64,000 nt of DNA from Camelus dromedarius. Its lineage: Eukaryota. Below, in pieces: positions 12,250 through 26,646 of the stretch. The stretch spans positions 66,280,001 through 66,344,000 of the forward strand of contig NC_087436.1 in NCBI RefSeq assembly GCF_036321535.1, read 5' to 3'. The notes beneath the pieces were generated by a model. It did not search any database and was not told the origin of the DNA. It was given only the letters and a program-made list of their open reading frames with translations. Every line of letters begins with the position of its first letter. The first letter of the stretch is position 1. The translations under genes and the position numbers were made by a program.

Positions 12250-15240
12250 TACAGATTAACAAAGAAAATGCATGGGTTAGTAAGCACCCGTGAATAAGAG
12301 TCAGCAGAAAAGCAAAGAGCAGAAATAGATAACAGAAGACATAGATATTCAATTACCACATATTCAAGTACCACAATTAACACATACAAGTTGAAAAGAG
12401 ATAAATTTAAAAATAGATAAAGGATTACCTTAGAAATAAGAGCAATGAAACAAGAGACTAAAAATGATAAGTTACTTCGCAAAGAACAAAGTAGAATTTC
12501 ACAATTAGTAAATTGTTAAATGTCTAAAACAAGATAAGATACACTTTAACAAGATAATTAAGAATTAAAGAGAGATTTAAATCAAGCAATAATCACAAGA
12601 AATGTAAGATATAGAAATGAAATTAGATAAATAAATCTGTTTGTATGAGAAAAACACCTGAAAAATAAGGATATGGATAGTTGAAAGTATAAGGCTGATA
12701 AAACAACATGGAAGGGAAATATTACAAATTAAGAAAATAAGTGAAGCTATGTTAATACTAAAATAATGAAAAAAGCATTATTAAGAAAAAATGGGCACCT
12801 GAATAATTTGAAATGCTTAATTCAACAATTATAAATAATGATTCAAAATATTCATGTGCCTAATAATACAGCATCAAGATAGAGATAAAACATACATTAA
12901 GAGAATTATATAGATAGGTTGACAAATTCACTGTCACAGTGGGAGATTTTAAACATAGTTTTGTTGATATTTAAATGTTAATCAGTTAAAATATTAACAA
13001 GGATAGGGTAAATTTGAACAATATGATAATAAGATCAGGTACATACAAATCTATATACATATATAATTTTTTATTAAGAACATTAGAGATTATTTAAGCT
13101 TCTCAAGCATGCATGGAACATTTGGGGAAATTGTTGATTTATTAAAAAATAACAAATCACATTTTCAAAATTTTCAAAGAATAAGTACCATCTCATGTTT
13201 TCTGACCACAATATAAGTAATACTGAGATCAGAAACTAAAAGTTTGCTTCTTAAAATCTACTTTAACTCATGAAGAAAATTACTAAAGTAGATCTGGGCA
13301 TCATCATTTTAAGTGAAGTAAGCCAGAAAGAGAAAGAAAAATACCACATGATATCACTTATATGTGGAATCTAAAAAAAAAGTAAAAGACACAAATGAAC
13401 TTATTTACAAAACAGACTCACAGACATAGAAAACAAATTTATGGTTACGAGGGTGAAGGAGGGTAGAAAGGGATAAATTGGGAGCTCTAGATTTGCAGAT
13501 ACTAACAATTATATATAAAATAGATAAACAAATTTATACTGTATAACCCATGGAACTATATTCAATATCTTGTAGTAACCTATAATGAAAAAGAATATGA
13601 AAAGGAATATATGTATGTATATGTATATGAATGACTGAAACATTATGCTATACACCAGAAACTGACACAACATTGTAAACTTCAATTTAAAAATAGTTCA
13701 ATTTAAAAAAAAGAAAATTACTAAAAAATATTGACTGGCATTCAATAAAACAGAAATGAACAGCTACAACATATTAATGAGCAGGAAAATTCCATGTAAT
13801 AAATTTGTAGATTTTTCCAAAATCCATCTATAAAATTCATGCAACTCCTATTAAAAAATCCCCACAGAAATTTTATATGTAAGCTAAAAAGCTGATTTAA
13901 AAATTTACACAGAAAGCAAATGTCTAAGTAGTGAAGAATCTTCTGATAAACATAAGAAATGCTAAGAAATTGCCCTACCATAGAGTAGGGCAAATGTTGA
14001 TAACTACTGAACAACATACACAGAAACTATCTCATGTTGGTTAAAGACCTAAATATGAAAAGCATTCTTACTGAAGCTTATGGAGTATGAAAAGCTATCA
14101 TTATTACTTCAGATAGAGAAGATTTCAAAATGACTATTGAGAACATACATTACATATGTGTTATCTTGGAAAAAAGTTCATATAACATATAATCAGTCCA
14201 TGACAATGGGACAAAAAAAATCATACAACATAAATATAAGATGGATATATCACATAAAACTTTAAAGCTTTATCAAAAGACAACATAAAATGTGAAAAAA
14301 TAACGCAATGTAGTTATTACTCATATATATATAAAACTAAATCAAATCAATAAAAAAATAAAAAATAAGCAAGGAAATTCAAAGAGGAAGTACATATGAC
14401 CTACACGTGTATGAAAAGACATTCAATGTCACTACTTATCAAGGATATATACATTATATACACAATTATACACCATTTAAGGCCAAGAAGATTGCCTGAA
14501 ATTTATGTTTGTAATCTTAAGTGCCAGTAGGAGTGTTGAGAAATAAGAAACAGAATAAACTTTTTTGAGGACATAAATTCTCACAAGGTAATTGATAAGT
14601 AATTTGGTATCATTCAGTAGACTAGGAGACACCCCCAAAGTATGAGCTCCACTTTTTGGTATATACCCTGAAGAAGCTGTCACATATAGATATGAGTGAT
14701 AGACACAGATATTCAGAGCTTCCTTACATGTTATGGTAAAAAGTGTTTCTTAATGAGCTTAAGGACAAATAACTAATGGTTTGTCCATATAATAGGATAC
14801 TATTGAACCATGAAAATAAATGAACTGGAGCCATGCAAATTGACAGAGCTGAATGTCACAATTATATCCAAGCCAAACAACAACAATAACAGCAAAATAG
14901 GCAGCAAGAGAAAAAATAGAACACATAATATAATACTATTTCTTTAGAGTTCATTGTTCTTTTAATACTCAAATTAAAACAGTGGATATTTCTTAGGGGC
15001 ACACACATATGCAGTAAAACTATCAGAAATATCAGTGAATCATAAGTAGTTACTTTTCAGCTCGTGTCAGGAGGAAAGGGGTGATATGATGGGAACTTAC
15101 ACAGTGGATTTTAGTTTTACTACAAGGATTTAGTCCTTATGCCTACGGAAATGTGTGTGAGCATCCATTAGCCAATTCTATATATATATATATACTTTTC
15201 TATGTCTAAATAGTTTATAAAATTTAAAAATAAAAATCAT
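12250..15240 (+). mobile_element. Old degraded L1 (L1ME-like) with internal deletions, interrupted by a younger L1
   Basis: A-rich. Endonuclease-like remnants 'aatattcatgtgcctaataat' (NIYAPNN-like) and 'acagtgggagattttaaac' (VGDFN-like); post-RT remnant at about 13.75-13.95 kb; ORF2 C-terminal remnant 'atgaaaagacattcaatgtcact'; 3' UTR to about 15240. Confidence 0.75.
13288..13710 (+). mobile_element. Young 5'-truncated L1 (camelid-like 3' end) with a 15-bp TSD
   Basis: 13291-13374 encodes an intact ORF2 C-terminus DLGIIILSEVSQKEKEKYHMISLICGI*; 3' UTR and A-tail follow; TSD aagaaaattactaaa at 13273-13287 and 13711-13725. Confidence 0.92.
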
Positions 15241-15309
15241 ATAATCTAACTGAATTACAGAGAATAAATACATTTATTTGATAAAGTATATCAAATAAAG
15301 ACTTAAAGA

Positions 15310-15520
15310 ACTTTTGACTTTGGAGGCTAATTAGCAGTAGTAAATGTCTGATCTGGTTGATGTCTCCAAATCTATTTCTTAACCTGTAAATTGGAGATAA
15401 TAATAGGATCTACTACATAAAAGGGTGCGATTAAAGTAGAAATGCACATAAACTGTTGAGCATGGTGCCCAGTCCATAGTATTTACTTGATAAGTATAAA
15501 CTATTATTGTCACTATTATT
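15310..15520 (+). mobile_element. MIR SINE
   Basis: Core 'tttcttaacctgtaaattggagataataata...gattaaa...catagta...tattatt'. Confidence 0.7.
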
Positions 15521-17347
15521 ATCAATATGGACTTTGAATATAAATATAATGACAGATCTTGGTCTTTTGTAATAATAATTTAAGTAGAACTAATTAGGAA
15601 AAATAAGAATAAAAACGCTGTTTGGAAGAATTTAATATAAATATAGAAAAAACTAAAACATGGATAAGAGACAAGGGATATTGTCCCCATGTTTTATAAA
15701 TGCCCCTTTAAAATTAAAAGTTAGGGACTCCTTTTGCAGTCAATTTCCAATGTTGTTTATGGTTGTGAACTTAATTATTTGTATTTTGTTTTAATTTCAG
15801 TATTTCAATTTAGTGTAACAAGTTCTTGAACACAAGATTTAAGTTACCGGTGCCAGTGGACTTGAAATAATATGGGGTGATGGTAAATATGTGATTATTT
15901 ATCCTTTCTGAGATGGTTTACTTGAAACATATGTTGCTTCACAACTCACTAATTCCATGTCATATTTTGTTCTGGTATATTATTAACTGTTATAGTTCCA
16001 GAAAGCAGTTTGCATGTATATGCTACCTGGCACGTGGAAAGGCCTTAGAAATTTGGCAGTGCTGCAACAGCACTGTCACTCAAATCAAAAGATAATTTCC
16101 AAGTCAAGGGTTAGAACTCTTTCAGAGTGCCTGAAGAATATTTTATGCATCCATTTATAGACTGTTTAAAAAGTTCTTGTTTTACTTTATTTTACTCGAA
16201 TTCATTTAAAAGAATTAATTACATGCCTACAAGAGAAACATATCTTTAGAATTCAGCTGGAAATAATTGTCAAAATGACAAAAGTAATTATATTAATTGT
16301 AATTACCAAGTCACCATGAGTTTTTTTCTATTTCTCTTACTAAATAAGCAAAGGTATGGTGTGAAAGATAAATATATCTGTAACAAGCTTTGACATCACT
16401 TTATAGTTTTTTTTTTGAAATTTAAAGCATTTCCTGGTAGATTATTCATAAATTTGTAATGTTTGAAATAAAACTGTGTTACTTAAAAAAAAATAGATCT
16501 AGACTAAGTAAGATCTCTTTAAAATAATGTAATTCTGTATGACTCTTCAGTGCTATGAAAACCTTCATTAAAGGAAATACGTTTATTGAAAATGTTATTA
16601 GTACTGATAACACAAGTCTTTTGGGTTGTATATAAACATCACATTCCCTCTTTCACTTCCACACTCTCCACATTTTCTGGTCCTACACTACATACTGATC
16701 ATCCTCATAGAAGTATCATGGGTTTTAGGGGAAAATTCTATTTGGTGGCAATAAACTTTTACATAATCCCTTTTCTTACAAAGCCCCACATGGCAAAAGT
16801 CTCTAATGAAATGACTATAGTACTAATAGATTATTATGGGAAAACATTATATTATGTGTATTAATGCAGTTGGCACATTTTCATTTTAAATATAAATAGA
16901 TGAATTCACTTGATATTAACATAGTAACTATAATTTTCGACAGAGACTGCAAATATGATTTCTTTAAATATTGGCTGTTTATGTCTTTAAAAAAATGCCA
17001 TGTGATTAGAGTGACAGTTCACCTTAAATGCAACAAAAGGGTAATAACTTGAAAATAAGTCTCATACTTACATTGAAAAAAGAAAACTAGAGAGTTTATA
17101 TTTGTAATTTTGAGGGAAGAGGCACATAATTTAATTTTACACTAATGCTAATATCACCTATTAGAAATATCAAACATTTACTAATAATTCTTTAAAAAAT
17201 TTTAGAGCTTATTGCGTTTAAATCAGCCATCTACAATTTTTAAAATGTTACGAGTAAACATACATGTTTGAAAGATTGTAATAAGAAGGAATTTGAATTT
17301 TTTAAAAAATAGGTAATTATTTCTTTGATGACACATTTAAAAGCATG

Positions 17348-17748
17348 TCATTCTAAGTAAAGTAAACCAGAAAGAGAAAACAATGCCATATGATATCACT
17401 TGATTGTGGAATCTTAAAACAAGACACAAATGAACTTATCTACAAAACAGAAACAGATTCACAGACATAGAAATAAATTCATGTCATGGTTACTGGTGGA
17501 GGAGGTGCAGGGTAGGGGATAGGAAATTAGGAGCTGGAGATTTGCAGATACTAAATACTTTATATATAATAGATGAACAATATTTATACTGAATAGCACA
17601 GGGAACCATATTCAATATCTTGTGGTAACCTATAATAAAAAACTAGGAAAACAAATACATGTATATATGTATATGACAAACTGTATGCTGTAACCAGAAA
17701 TTGACACAACATTGTAAACTGATTATAATTCATATTAATGAAGTAAGT
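17348..17748 (+). mobile_element. 5'-truncated L1, same family as 13288-13710 but more diverged
   Basis: Colinear with the 13.3 kb copy (gacacaaatgaacttat, atttgcagatacta, ttgacacaacattgtaaact); TSD aaagcatg at 17340-17347 and 17749-17756. Confidence 0.9.
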
Positions 17749-20700
17749 AAAGCATGGTTGAGAAATCTGGATATATAAGTACTTGTAGAGAGTGATTTAT
17801 ATTTATTAAAGGACTGTTTTATTTCATCTACCATTCAAAATATATGATGCATTTTATGTAATGATGCCATCACCAGAACTGTACAACTTACTTGTGAAAA
17901 ATGTGAAACTTTGAAAGAGATGAACAGAAAATGAAAAATAAACAGTCTTCCAAATTCCCAACTCCAAGATCTTTGTATAATATAGCATGTATTCTCAAAT
18001 TACCAAATTTGTTAAGACTTGCTGTTAGGCTCCAAATAACTCTATGTAATGAACTGTATTGCAATATGGGAACTGCTTTAAAGAGAAACTCATCAGCAGA
18101 GTTGGAAAGAAATTACATCATTGCTTACAGAATAAATACAAATAAAAGTTTACCAAGTTATGAAAATAAAATGTAACACATATTTATGTTCTCTGATTTT
18201 TAAAAATTCTAACAAGATCTGTATCTCTACAAGCGCAATTTCGTACTGATGTATATAATTTAACAATAGGAAATGTGTTCTTTCTAGGAGAAAAAAAGAA
18301 ACTTTTATTTTTATCCACCAGTGTTAAGACCTAGCTCTAGAATGATAATATCAAAGGGCCCATCGTGGAATTTAGCACATCAGCTTTAACTTGGAAATAG
18401 AGTGTCTGCAGCAGCATGTGCTATAAAATGTCTCCTTAATAGTCAATAAACCTGGCAAGAGTCATTGCCTCCTACCTGATAGCTAGTAGGTTTTCAAATT
18501 ATAGAATTCATTTGTCACACTCCATTTAGCATATCTATAACTTTCCAACAAGAAATGCCATCGTCAAGCAGTTATTTTAATGAGTAAAGGATTAAATGCT
18601 AAAGTAAGAAGTGATAGAAGAGAAACATGAAAGGCAATTATATCCCATCTCTTAAGACAGAAATAGGGATCACCTGTAGGTCCGTATCTATTTTTTCCAA
18701 AGACTTTATTTAGGAAGACACATGAAAACATAGAAAAATAAATAGCGCTGCACTAAATGCAGACATGGTTTCAGAAGCATCTGTGAATAGGATCTTTGTA
18801 ATGCTAGTGAGTATGTATTATAATTAATCTTAAACAGCATACAGAGACAGAAGAAGTGATTGCTACTATCCATTGAAGCAAATCTACATCTAAATAGAAA
18901 TATAACTCTTACTGTTACATGTACATACTAAAACGAATCTGCCAAAACTTTTCAGTCACATTAAATCCTACTAACTTTTTTCCTTTTTATTCAATAATAG
19001 TTGAATAAATATTTTAATAGTTCTTGAGATTATATACATTTTCTTAGAGCAGTTTTGTCACTTATTGGACATAGTGTGGGATAGAAATAAATTACAGTCT
19101 AGAGCACAACAAAGTTGAGAACAATTTTAAAAAAATAATAAACTGTTATGTGCTTTTCTAAGTGCCAGGAGGAAAATTTCTGAGTTGCTCTACTGCAACA
19201 GAGTTCTTACAAAGTGATGAAAATAATATAAAAGGGAACAATTTGATCCTAGAGGAGGCATTGGCAGCATGTTAGGACTTCTTATCATTTTTAGGCAGTG
19301 GAAATTGCCCCAAACTAAAGGTGGACAAGTTACTTAATACAGATTGCTTCTCTGTGATACTGAAATATTCAGTAGGCTCTTCTCATTGTGTATTGCAATT
19401 TAAAAAATATATTTAAGTTTGTATTTTATGTCAAAATATTCTCTTTGAGATTATCACATTCCTTCCCCATATCTCTTTTTTATTTAATGTATTTTTCAAA
19501 GCTATTACTCGTGTGCATATTCTTTCCATCAAACTCCAACATGCACTGATGACTTTGTGATTAGAGTTCATCTGTGTATAAGGACTTTAGAGGCTGTAAA
19601 CAGGACACTTTCAGTGTCTGAAAAGCCTTTAACAAGATAAAAGTTCTTTTAAGTCACAGGCAATTATCTAAGGACAAGAGTTTGTTAACAAAAGCATGGT
19701 TAGTAATATGTGTCTTTTGAGAACTTTGATCTTCTTTAATTCATCACAGAAAACTTAACTCTGTTACTCAGTTCCAGCAAGGGAAAGAAGAGAGTTGAAA
19801 TGATTAATGAATGAATTTGACTAATACGAATATCTTTATATTTTTTCATGAGGGATGAATGTTATAGCAAGTTGTCAGAGGGCCAGGGAAATGAGCAGAA
19901 TGCGACCTTGTCCACACTTATGGAAAATTGAAGCTGGGTCTGCTCATATATGCCAAAGAGAGACATTTGGGAAATAGATGCTGTGTTTATATTGCTATTG
20001 TTAAACTTAGTCCCAAAATTGCATTGCTAGTTCATGATGCTAATACAAATTCTGAATACAGAAAAATTATTTTCTATTTTCAGATCACCACTATCACGAC
20101 CTAGCAGGAACATTTTCCTCCCACATTTTCTAATTATCATTTGAAACCTGAAGTTTTCAAAAAGAATGAAAGGATAAATGGTTCTTTTTACTTCATGAAA
20201 CTTGTTTCTGTAACTGTTTTGTTCTCTAAAATTTCCCTACTAGGTTGATGGATTTTCAAATCCACACATGTAGCTCCACCTACTGACTATAATCTACATT
20301 CTTTAAAATGGATGAAAAAGAGATATCTGGTTCTTAGATTTCTCACATGTATCTTGGACAGCAGCTTAAAAATTCTGTAAATTTAATATTTAATGAAGAA
20401 ATCAAAACAAAACTTTATCAAAGGTATTTTTGTGAGTAACTGTACCTCTTGGCCTAATTTATCCAATATATATTCCTTTAAAACAAAGCTATATCACTTC
20501 TATGATTTGCCTTACTCCACTAATTATGTGTTTAAAGCTCTCACTGAAGAAAATATACCTGTAATTCAAATAACCTTAAAGACATTTATAATCAAGAAAA
20601 TATAATTCTAGTGCTTGTCTTCACATAACCCAAAAGCAAACTGCACACGTACTACTGGAATTGGATTCTTAGATAAACATATCAGGAGTAGACCTGGAAG

Positions 20701-20944
20701 GAAGGTAACCTGAAAGGAAATTTATTTACATGCAGTTTTACATGTGACATCTGACTTAAAGTGGCTTTTACCATTCATTTATCTATACATTCATATATAT
20801 TGTCAAGTAAATATATTCCAATATATTTAATTGAAAATAAATTATTTCAAGTTATTTAATTTGAAGTTCTCCAAAGATAATAAATATTTTATCACTGAAG
20901 CTTTAAAGTATGTAAACATCCTTGGGGCTTATATTAAGAACCAG

Positions 20945-21539
20945 GGTATCAAGGTTCAATCAGAGGAGCTAAAGCACTAGGAGGTATTTACAGATATAAC
21001 ATGGAATTTGTCACAGGGGTTTGACCTTACAGGATTTTGGGAGCTGCTCGGAGATTCTCTGTAAGATTGCTGTGCTCATACCTGATGCTGGAGCCTGGAG
21101 TCTGCAGGGCAGGTAGTGAGGAGGAGAGGATGAATGTAACAATGGTGGAGAACAAAGACAAGCAGGACCCCTTAAGGATGGACTGAAGCCCATGTCAGCT
21201 TTTGCCGCATCTGGTATGGATGGTATGGCTGTCCTGCAGAATCAGCTTGTACCACTCCCCATGGAGCTAAATGTCTGACCCAGAAGTTGGAAAAGCTAAA
21301 GCAGGATCCAGGGGACTGTGAGCATATGCAGTCCTGGCTGCAGCCTCATGCTAAGGAGATGAGCCAGCAGATAAGTGACAGCACGTGTGAACTACTACAT
21401 TAGTTGCTGCTTTGTGTTAGCTCTCCAGAACTTGCACAAGACCTCTCATGTGGCCCATCTTAAAAGGAATCATTCAGAGAGAGGAAGACTGGGGAATGTA
21501 GATTTGCATGGCCAAATCAATACATTGCAAACCACCACA
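20945..21539 (-). mobile_element. ERVL solo LTR, MLT2(E/F)-like
   Basis: Reverse strand starts 'tgtggtggtttgcaatgtattgatttggcc' and ends 'attgaaccttgatac'; local GC rise. Confidence 0.75.
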
Positions 21540-23579
21540 GCCAATAAAATCTCTGATGCTACTTGTCGGTCCCTGGATTTCAGTCCCCAAATCATCTACT
21601 CTATTAGTGCTAATAAATTTCTATTTTGATTCCAAAAACAAATGTATGCAGTAACACCATTCTTCTACGTGGTAGGTAAAGTTGATCATTTTTTAACTCT
21701 GAAGTTATCATCAAATATAACTTCACTAACACTAGGAAAAGATGATTTATTCAGTGTTTAGATAAGCATGAGAAGAGAGGTAATCATAGTTTTCATTGAT
21801 GAGAGGGAGAGGTAAAGAGAAATGTCTCCTTTCTTGTTCAAGGAACAAAATTTAAATAAAAAAGTAATCTGAGAAGCTAAGCATAATGTAGCAGAAATTT
21901 TATTAGGCATATCTTAAATGATCTGTAAAATAAAGCCTAAAAATGTGCTAATTCCTAAATTCATAGTTTTATCTGTCATATAAGCCATAGTAGTCACTTA
22001 CCACTTTTTCAAAAAAGTATAACATAACAATTACTGTATTTTTGTAAGGATTTTCATTTTCAGATGATGGAAATATCAAAGGTTATTCACTTTAAAAGTG
22101 GAAGAAGGGCTTCTATTTGATGAAGAGAATATCTGTTATTAATTGAGCACTTCCTCTGTGTAAAATATTTGATATACATAATAGAAAGTTACTAGTGAAA
22201 TAGGAATTTGTAATGCTCATTTTTCATGTCTCTACACATTTAAAAAATTCCATCAAGTTTGATGTTTATAAATTCTCTATACTTGGAGAAAACTTTTGAT
22301 TTTATCAAAGAAAACCAAGATCTATATTGTAATTCTTGTATCTTAGGCAACCAGATAAGAATGATACTTAATTAAGCATATCAATATTTAAAATACCCCC
22401 AAATTCTCATCAGTTTGTGGAGAAAACTAAGATCAAATGGTATCTGAGCTCCAGTATTAACCCCTGCTGAGAATTCTTCAATACATAACTGGGAATCCTT
22501 AAAGAGAATCTAGTATAATCTCAGAAAACTTGGCTTCTGGCTGGGTAGTTGCTGGCCTTAATTGCTTCTATTTTTTCCATTTCACCTCTTCCTGGCCTCT
22601 GTTATCCAAGATTTCCTGTCAACACTCAGTCTCAGCTCACAGCTCTGATCTCTGGCTCCATCATGTTAAAGATGTCCTCTGCCGACCTCAACTAGAGACT
22701 CAAACTGTTACCTCTAATCTTCATGAAACCAAAGAGTCAGGCATTGTCTTTTTAAGAATCATAATCAGTTACAGAGATTCTCCTCAAGTTTTTCATAGAA
22801 CATATGAATTTATACAGATAACTTTTCTAGTAAATACTTGTAACAGAGATTTTAAAAAACATGTTTTTGTTATTGAAAGGAAAATATTAGTAAGGAATCA
22901 ACCATATTAGAAATTCCATAATTTCAATTTAGTTATTCCACTTAGCAGAAATTTACACAATATAAAATTTGTAGTTCTATGTTCATCAGATTTGAAATCT
23001 GATCAAATTTTCCTAATTATATTTTAATAAACTTTTATGTTCACTGAAATTTACTTAATGAGTTTATGCATTCTAATTGAATGAGTATATATTTCAGAGA
23101 CCCAATTAAAATATAATTATTTATATGAATATTGACTATAAGAACAACTTAGTATTATTTTTATAGTAAATATTATAAATTTGTGACATATTATTTGTTA
23201 TTGACATGTTTTCTCTGAAATAAAAACGAGCACCCAATTCTTAAAACTGGGTGGAATAAATAATCCAGCTGAATAATAATAAACCCCAATGATGATAATA
23301 ATAATGATATAATAATTAATATTGATATGGTAAATTCAATATGCTAGAAACAGTTCTAATCAAAAAGGGCCTCAAACTGTAAAGATAAAATGAACAGACA
23401 TGAAATAAGAGAGGGTAGTAGGTCACAGTATATAACCAAGCTGGACTGGTTTTAATGGAGTCTTCAATTGGAAATAGCTTTCTATTTTTTTTTCTACTTT
23501 TATTCATCAACCCCTGTTTTCTTAAAATCCAGGGATAGAGAGCAACATTACTTTGATTTATGAAATGATTTTTTTCTCC

Positions 23580-24194
23580 CCACCCCATAATGTTTGTCCT
23601 CCCCTGTGCCTTAGGACCCTGACTCTCCAGGACTATATGTTTCTTTGCCAGCTGGCTTCTGTTTAGGTTTGGCAATGGAATGTAATGGTAGAAGTCTGGA
23701 AGGCAGAATAAAAGAGAGGTTGCCTCCCTGATGAAGGGAACATTTCCTGGCCTTGGTTAGTCCCTCCTGGACTGCAGTTCCTGGGCTCTGGTAACATTTA
23801 TTCCTCTTGTTGCCTTCTGAAGTCTGAGAATGGTAACAACGTTCCATGGTTGCCTTTTTCTGGGTGCTCAGTATCCCTTGGTTTGTTAGCTTAACCCAGT
23901 GTGTCAATATCAGCACTATTAGCCTTTTGTGCCAAATGATTAATTTGTGCCAGATGATTAATAGCCTCAGGGGGCCTATTCTGTGCCTTGTAAGACGTGT
24001 AGCCACATGCCTGGCCTCTCACTAGATGTTAGTAGCACCCCTGTACCCTGTGGTGATAACCAAAAATGTATTTAGTCATTGACAAATGTCCCCTGGGAGG
24101 AAAAATCACGTATCTCATCAAAGATTTCCCCTATTAAACTTTTTAAAGTCATCTAAATTGGCTTCTGTTTTTTGCTTGGAGGCTGAGCAATATA
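23580..24194 (+). mobile_element. LTR33-like ERVL LTR, split by MER20
   Basis: 'cagctggcttctgtttaggtttggcaatgg', 'aatggtaacaacgttcc...cccttggtttg'; resumes after MER20 with 'ccctattaaact...tctgttttttgc'. Confidence 0.65.
23897..24110 (-). mobile_element. MER20 (hAT-Charlie DNA transposon)
   Basis: Reverse complement of MER20 motifs: 'cctggcctctcactagatgttagtagca', 'accaaaaatgt', 'caaatgtcccctgggaggaaaaatc'. Confidence 0.85.
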
Positions 24195-25186
24195 TCATAG
24201 TACTCACTTCAGCATTTTATACTTTTGAATACGATTACCTTTTTTGAAAATTATCCATTCTTGACTTTCCCAAAACTACATTTTAACATTCTCCTGGCTT
24301 GATAACTGTCTAAAGGTTGTACTCATTTATGCCTTTTAATTTTTCCATCATTCCATCTTTTATTAAAACAGAAAGCATGATAAGATATAAATATTCCGTG
24401 GCTCCTGTTTAATATCAGTGAAGTGCTAGATGATTTCCACTCAGTGAATATCAAATATCATTGAGTTAGATTTTAAGGCCTTCCCAATAATGAATTTAAG
24501 CTGGATAATAATTTAAGCTGGATAGTAATATTAAATCCAATAAGAATGTAAGAATCTGCAAGTGGCTTTCTTTGGTGTAGTTTTAACTTTAAATGCTGTA
24601 AAAAAAAATTATATATATTTTTAGCTTCTAGTGTCTGTTTTACCAGCATGAGTCACCATAGTGATTTTTCTCATGAATCTTTACCAACTAGTGATGTTAG
24701 AAAAATATTCTGAGAGACTGATGAACATGTAATAAATCACTCCATGACCACCTTACAATGGTAGCCAATTTTACAATTTGTTATTTTTGTTTGTTTGTTT
24801 TTAAGTTGGTGGCATATCTGGTTATTATTTTTGGAAATAGATTTGTTGCTGCATAAAGTTTTTTAATTTAAGTGAAGCTTTAAAAATAGTTTTCTTTAAG
24901 ACAAACATCAGTTTGAGAGAACCAAAGACCACAGACATGCAGCAAAGAACAAAATGCCCATAGTATATCTCCTTTTATATTATTCCAACACAAAAGATAT
25001 TACATTAAAATGTAATAAGAGAAATTTTATGTTAACATAGAATTATTTACTGAGTACTATGTATATGTCATTATAGTTTCAAAGAATAGAAGCAAAAATA
25101 GTATTAGTCTCCTTACCATACATGAAAATACCAAACATACAAAATGAACAAATATTCATATATATAAACAAGGAGTGATATGTTAT

Positions 25187-25719
25187 TGTTCTGGGTCCCA
25201 GGACAAACCAGAATTCACTTCAAATGATTCAAACAGAAGGATTCTAACACAAGGATTCCTTTCACAGGCATAAGCACATGTAAGGAAATTAGCAAGGGAT
25301 TGTGAGTTAATCAATAATTAGCAATAGCCAAAACCCAAAACTATCCCAGAGCTGAATGGGCACAGGGAAGAACTGTGCCCATTCAGCGTTACTGGAGACC
25401 AGTGCGAACTGGAACTGTGGAGGAAGAGCCGGGGTCTGAGAGGGAAGCAGCAACTGCCTGAGATGCTGTGTGGAAATAGGAAGGGAGCAAAAGCAAACAA
25501 ACAAAAACCCACAAACAAACAAATAAAATTTTTTTAAAAATTCTTTCTTTTCTGTGCCTCTCCTAACCTCTAGGTACTTCCTGCTGCGTAAACTTCCAGG
25601 CAGCCAACTGGTCAGGAAATCCTTGTCACGTTATCCTTGGGATGTAGCTTTTTAGGTGCAGAGTAGGGCAAGAAAGTCACAGAATGGGAGTATGGGGCAC
25701 ATAGAGAAGAACCAGCACA
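25187..25719 (-). mobile_element. Old MaLR LTR (MLT1M/N-like)
   Basis: tg...ca ends ('tgttctgggtcccagg' and 'aaccagcaca'), 'taaggaaattagcaagggat', 'ggtgcagagtagggcaagaaag'. Confidence 0.6.
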
Positions 25720-26099
25720 GCACTCCTGCTGGGTTCTGCTGCATCTACAGATTTCTCTCCCAAATTTTGTATTTTTATTTAGTCACTTTGATGGCAATTT
25801 AGAAGGGACAGTAGTAACAGTGTCTTAAATCAGCTCAGAGGATGAGATGAATTCCCTGCCCTCAAAATACATTTTTAGTCATGAAATAAAAGTCCTTGTT
25901 CATAATTCCTTAGACTTCAGTTGAATGGAAGATTTATCCATGTCCTATTTTCCTTTTTCTCTTTCTTTGGAAAGAGCTAGCATTAGTATCCAATAGTGGA
26001 TCACCATGGTTTTTATACATCATGAATTCCACACTTTTTAAGAGTGTAGAATTAATGCTAATGGGGTTTATATTTCACTCTCCCTCCTTTTTAATAAAA

Positions 26100-26300
26100 A
26101 CACATAGCTAATATGTATGGAAGGTTTACTCTGAGCCATGTATCATATGAAACTTGACATACATTATTTCATTTAATCATATATAAATGATATTTCTGGT
26201 TTCCTCGTATCCCATCTTATGGAGGAGGAAATTGAAGCTAACAAATTGGCCAATGACCCATTATCATCAAGGGGCAAAGCTATGTCTTGGAAAAAAAAAT
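26100..26300 (-). mobile_element. MIR SINE
   Basis: 'tttcatttaatc...tatcccatcttatggaggaggaaattgaagct'. Confidence 0.7.
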
Positions 26301-26646
26301 CAAACTAACACAAAGCTTATTTTCTTAACAATTATATATTTTTCTCTCTCTTAAAGCATCCATTTATCTAATTAGTATCCAAACAGATTTACTTAATCTC
26401 TAATCCTAACCACAGTTCTCTAAAATAGTTTTTATTAATTAAAGGTAAAAAAACTTACCAGAGAGATGACAGTACCTGTAGTAAATGAAACTTCATGAAA
26501 TCTATTATTGTCACCTTGTTTTTTTTTTTTTTTACTATAATCTGTGGCCAAATATAAAACATTTGGTGACAACAGAAAAAAATCACTATAATAGATGCAT
26601 CTACCTCTCAAGAACCAATGATGTTCTGTAGACCAGACTGGACTAC

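Noticed and set aside
22530..24006. Longest ORFs in the left half (119-131 aa)
   Set aside because: Non-ATG starts, span LTR33/MER20 or low-complexity DNA; the IIWHK repeat is just the 18-bp duplication
24493..24524. 17-bp period duplication aatttaagctggata
   Set aside because: Ordinary slippage; only two copies, no spacers, not CRISPR-like
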